From Eubacteriales bacterium (GTDB taxonomy: Bacteria; Bacillota; Clostridia; Lachnospirales; Lachnospiraceae), in contig JAUNPK010000001.1 of NCBI GenBank assembly GCA_030536855.1, positions 4,965 through 68,964 of the forward strand: DNA of 64,000 nucleotides, in the 5' to 3' direction. The number at the start of each line of letters is the position of its first letter. Within the stretch, counting starts at the first letter, position 1. Below the pieces are notes generated by a model. It searched no databases. It was not told the origin of the DNA and was given only the letters and a program-made list of their open reading frames with translations. Shown here in pieces: positions 62,389 to 64,000 of the stretch. A program made the translations under genes and the position numbers.

Positions 62389-62808
62389 TTATTTAGCGTC
62401 CTTAGGTCTCTTAGCACCATACTTAGAACGAGCCTGTCTTCTCTTAGCTACGCCTGCAGTATCAAGAGTACCTCTGATGATGTGATATCTTGTACCTGGT
62501 AAATCCTTAACTCTACCACCTCTTATAAGAACAACGCTATGTTCCTGAAGATTGTGTCCCTCACCTGGAATGTAAGATGTTACTTCGATTCCATTTGATA
62601 AACGAACTCTGGCAATCTTTCTAAGAGCTGAGTTAGGCTTCTTAGGTGTTGCAGTCTTAACTGCTGTACATACACCTCTCTTCTGTGGAGAAGAGATATC
62701 TGTTGCTTTCTTCTGAAGAGAGTTGTAACCCTTCTGAAGAGCTGGTGCTGTAGATTTCTTTGTTACAGACTTTCTACCCTGTCTAACTAACTGGTTAAAT
62801 GTTGGCAT
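62389..62808 (-). CDS. rpsL: 30S ribosomal protein S12
   Basis: MPTFNQLVR; [11 protein letters not shown]; RVKDLPG. Confidence 0.99.
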   Translation of the reverse strand: MPTFNQLVRQGRKSVTKKSTAPALQKGYNSLQKKATDISSPQKRGVCTAVKTATPKKPNSALRKIARVRLSNGIEVTSYIPGEGHNLQEHSVVLIRGGRVKDLPGTRYHIIRGTLDTAGVAKRRQARSKYGAKRPKDAK

Positions 62809-62932
62809 TCCTTTTTCACCTCCCGGAATTAGAATAATGAATGGTTGCACTTAGTAAAAATACTAAGAAATATATGGACTTTTGTCCTTTAAAACGCACA
62901 AAAAGAAAGCTTGCCTTTTCGCACGCTTAATT

Positions 62933-62961
62933 AGTATATATTCTTCAAATTCATAAGTCAA
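62933..62961 (-). promoter_or_regulatory. Sigma-A promoter of the str operon
   Basis: TTGACT-17-TATACT. Confidence 0.8.
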
Positions 62962-63025
62962 GAATTTTTTCATTGAAATCTTTTAAGAATTCTTATAATA
63001 AATCTTTTAAGAAAAGAATAAATTA

Positions 63026-63074
63026 AAAAAGCATATCCCTTCGGAAACTATTACAGTTCCCGGAGGAATACGCT
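63026..63074 (-). terminator. Intrinsic terminator after rpoC
   Basis: GCGTATTCCT.../...AGGGATATGC stem followed by TTTTTT on the minus strand. Confidence 0.7.
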
Positions 63075-63116
63075 CTAAAATACATTAGCATCAGATTAGC
63101 ACTAAGACTTTTCTTA

Positions 63117-64000
63117 TTACTCTTCTTCGCTTAATGTTAACTCCATCTCTTCTGTCTCTTCACTGTTATCCTCGTAGTTCAATCCGGTATCAAGCTGTAC
63201 ATTCTGATATCTCTTCATACCTGTACCTGCCGGAATAAGCTTACCGATAATAACATTTTCCTTAAGACCAATAAGTGGGTCAACCTTTCCATTGATAGCT
63301 GCATCAGTAAGAACCTTTGTAGTCTCCTGGAATGAAGCTGCTGAAAGGAATGAGTTAGTTGCAAGAGAAGCCTTTGTAATACCAAGGATGATAGGAGTTC
63401 CTGTTGCAGGAGTCTTTCCTTCCTCCTCAAGTCTCTCGTTAACTTCTGTAAATTCAATTGTATCAACCTGTGAACCTGGTAAGAAATTGGAATCTCCCGC
63501 TTCATCAATTACAATCTTCTTTAACATCTGTCTAACAATTAACTCAATGTGCTTATCATTGATTTCAACACCCTGAATACGATATACCTTCTGAACTTCA
63601 CGAAGCATGTAGTCCTGAACAGCACGTACGCCAAGGATTCTAACTATATCGTGAGGATTTTCAGAACCCTCTGTAATTTCCTCACCCTTTTCAACTATCT
63701 GGCCTTCCTTAACCTTAACTCTTGTATCTCTTGATACAGGGTAAGCCTTTGAATTGCCTTCGTCATCGGTAATAACAATATCTGTCTTCTTCTCTGTCTT
63801 TGCAAAGCTTACTGTTCCACCAAATTCTGCAAGAACTGCAAGTATCTTAGGTTTTCTGGCTTCAAAAAGTTCTTCTACTCTAGGAAGACCCTGTGTGATA
63901 TTATCACCGGCAACACCACCTGTATGGAACGTTCTCATAGTAAGCTGTGTACCTGGCTCACCGATTGACTGAGCTGCGATAATACCAACTGCTTCACCTA
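63117..64000 (-). CDS. rpoC: RNA polymerase beta' subunit, C-terminal part (continues beyond the window)
   Basis: MRTFHTGG; [12 protein letters not shown]; [11 protein letters not shown]; LKENVIIG. Confidence 0.98.
   Translation of the reverse strand, partial: GEAVGIIAAQSIGEPGTQLTMRTFHTGGVAGDNITQGLPRVEELFEARKPKILAVLAEFGGTVSFAKTEKKTDIVITDDEGNSKAYPVSRDTRVKVKEGQIVEKGEEITEGSENPHDIVRILGVRAVQDYMLREVQKVYRIQGVEINDKHIELIVRQMLKKIVIDEAGDSNFLPGSQVDTIEFTEVNERLEEEGKTPATGTPIILGITKASLATNSFLSAASFQETTKVLTDAAINGKVDPLIGLKENVIIGKLIPAGTGMKRYQNVQLDTGLNYEDNSEETEEMELTLSEEE

Noticed and set aside
1410-63972. Many 60-200 aa ORFs in the track that are antisense to or out of frame within real genes (for example 3485-3847, 29728-30342, 38223-38750, 55115-55780, 58436-58894)
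   Set aside because: They are shadows of strongly conserved genes, with no SD and no recognisable motifs

Overview
Low-GC Firmicute chromosome segment; gene content and ribosomal-protein sequences point to Lachnospiraceae. The right half (27.5-64 kb) is the minus-strand core translation cluster: the 3' end of rpoC, rpsL-rpsG-fusA-tuf, the S10-spc-alpha operons, ecfA1-ecfA2-ecfT, truA and rplM-rpsI, interrupted by five ordinary genes at 49.4-57.7 kb. The left end (1-17.1 kb) is housekeeping and sporulation genes. Between them, directly downstream of rpsI (about 17.2-27.3 kb), is an accessory island with no integrase. Its core is a 7.2-kb cassette (LytS-like histidine kinase, response regulator with a SARP-like winged helix, and a 1365-aa sortase-anchored repeat protein) bracketed by two 477/478-bp direct repeats. 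Each repeat carries an unannotated 43-aa membrane peptide with the full architecture of a type I toxin-antitoxin locus. Deletion-scarred gene remnants flank the cassette. Separately, the window holds small non-coding insertion elements: a 209-bp fold-back element and a multi-hairpin family found three times, each immediately upstream of a Shine-Dalgarno sequence. Two of these insertions carry exact 13-bp target duplications. No rRNA, tRNA, CRISPR array, transposase or integrase was seen. Family names are from motif recognition, not database searches.
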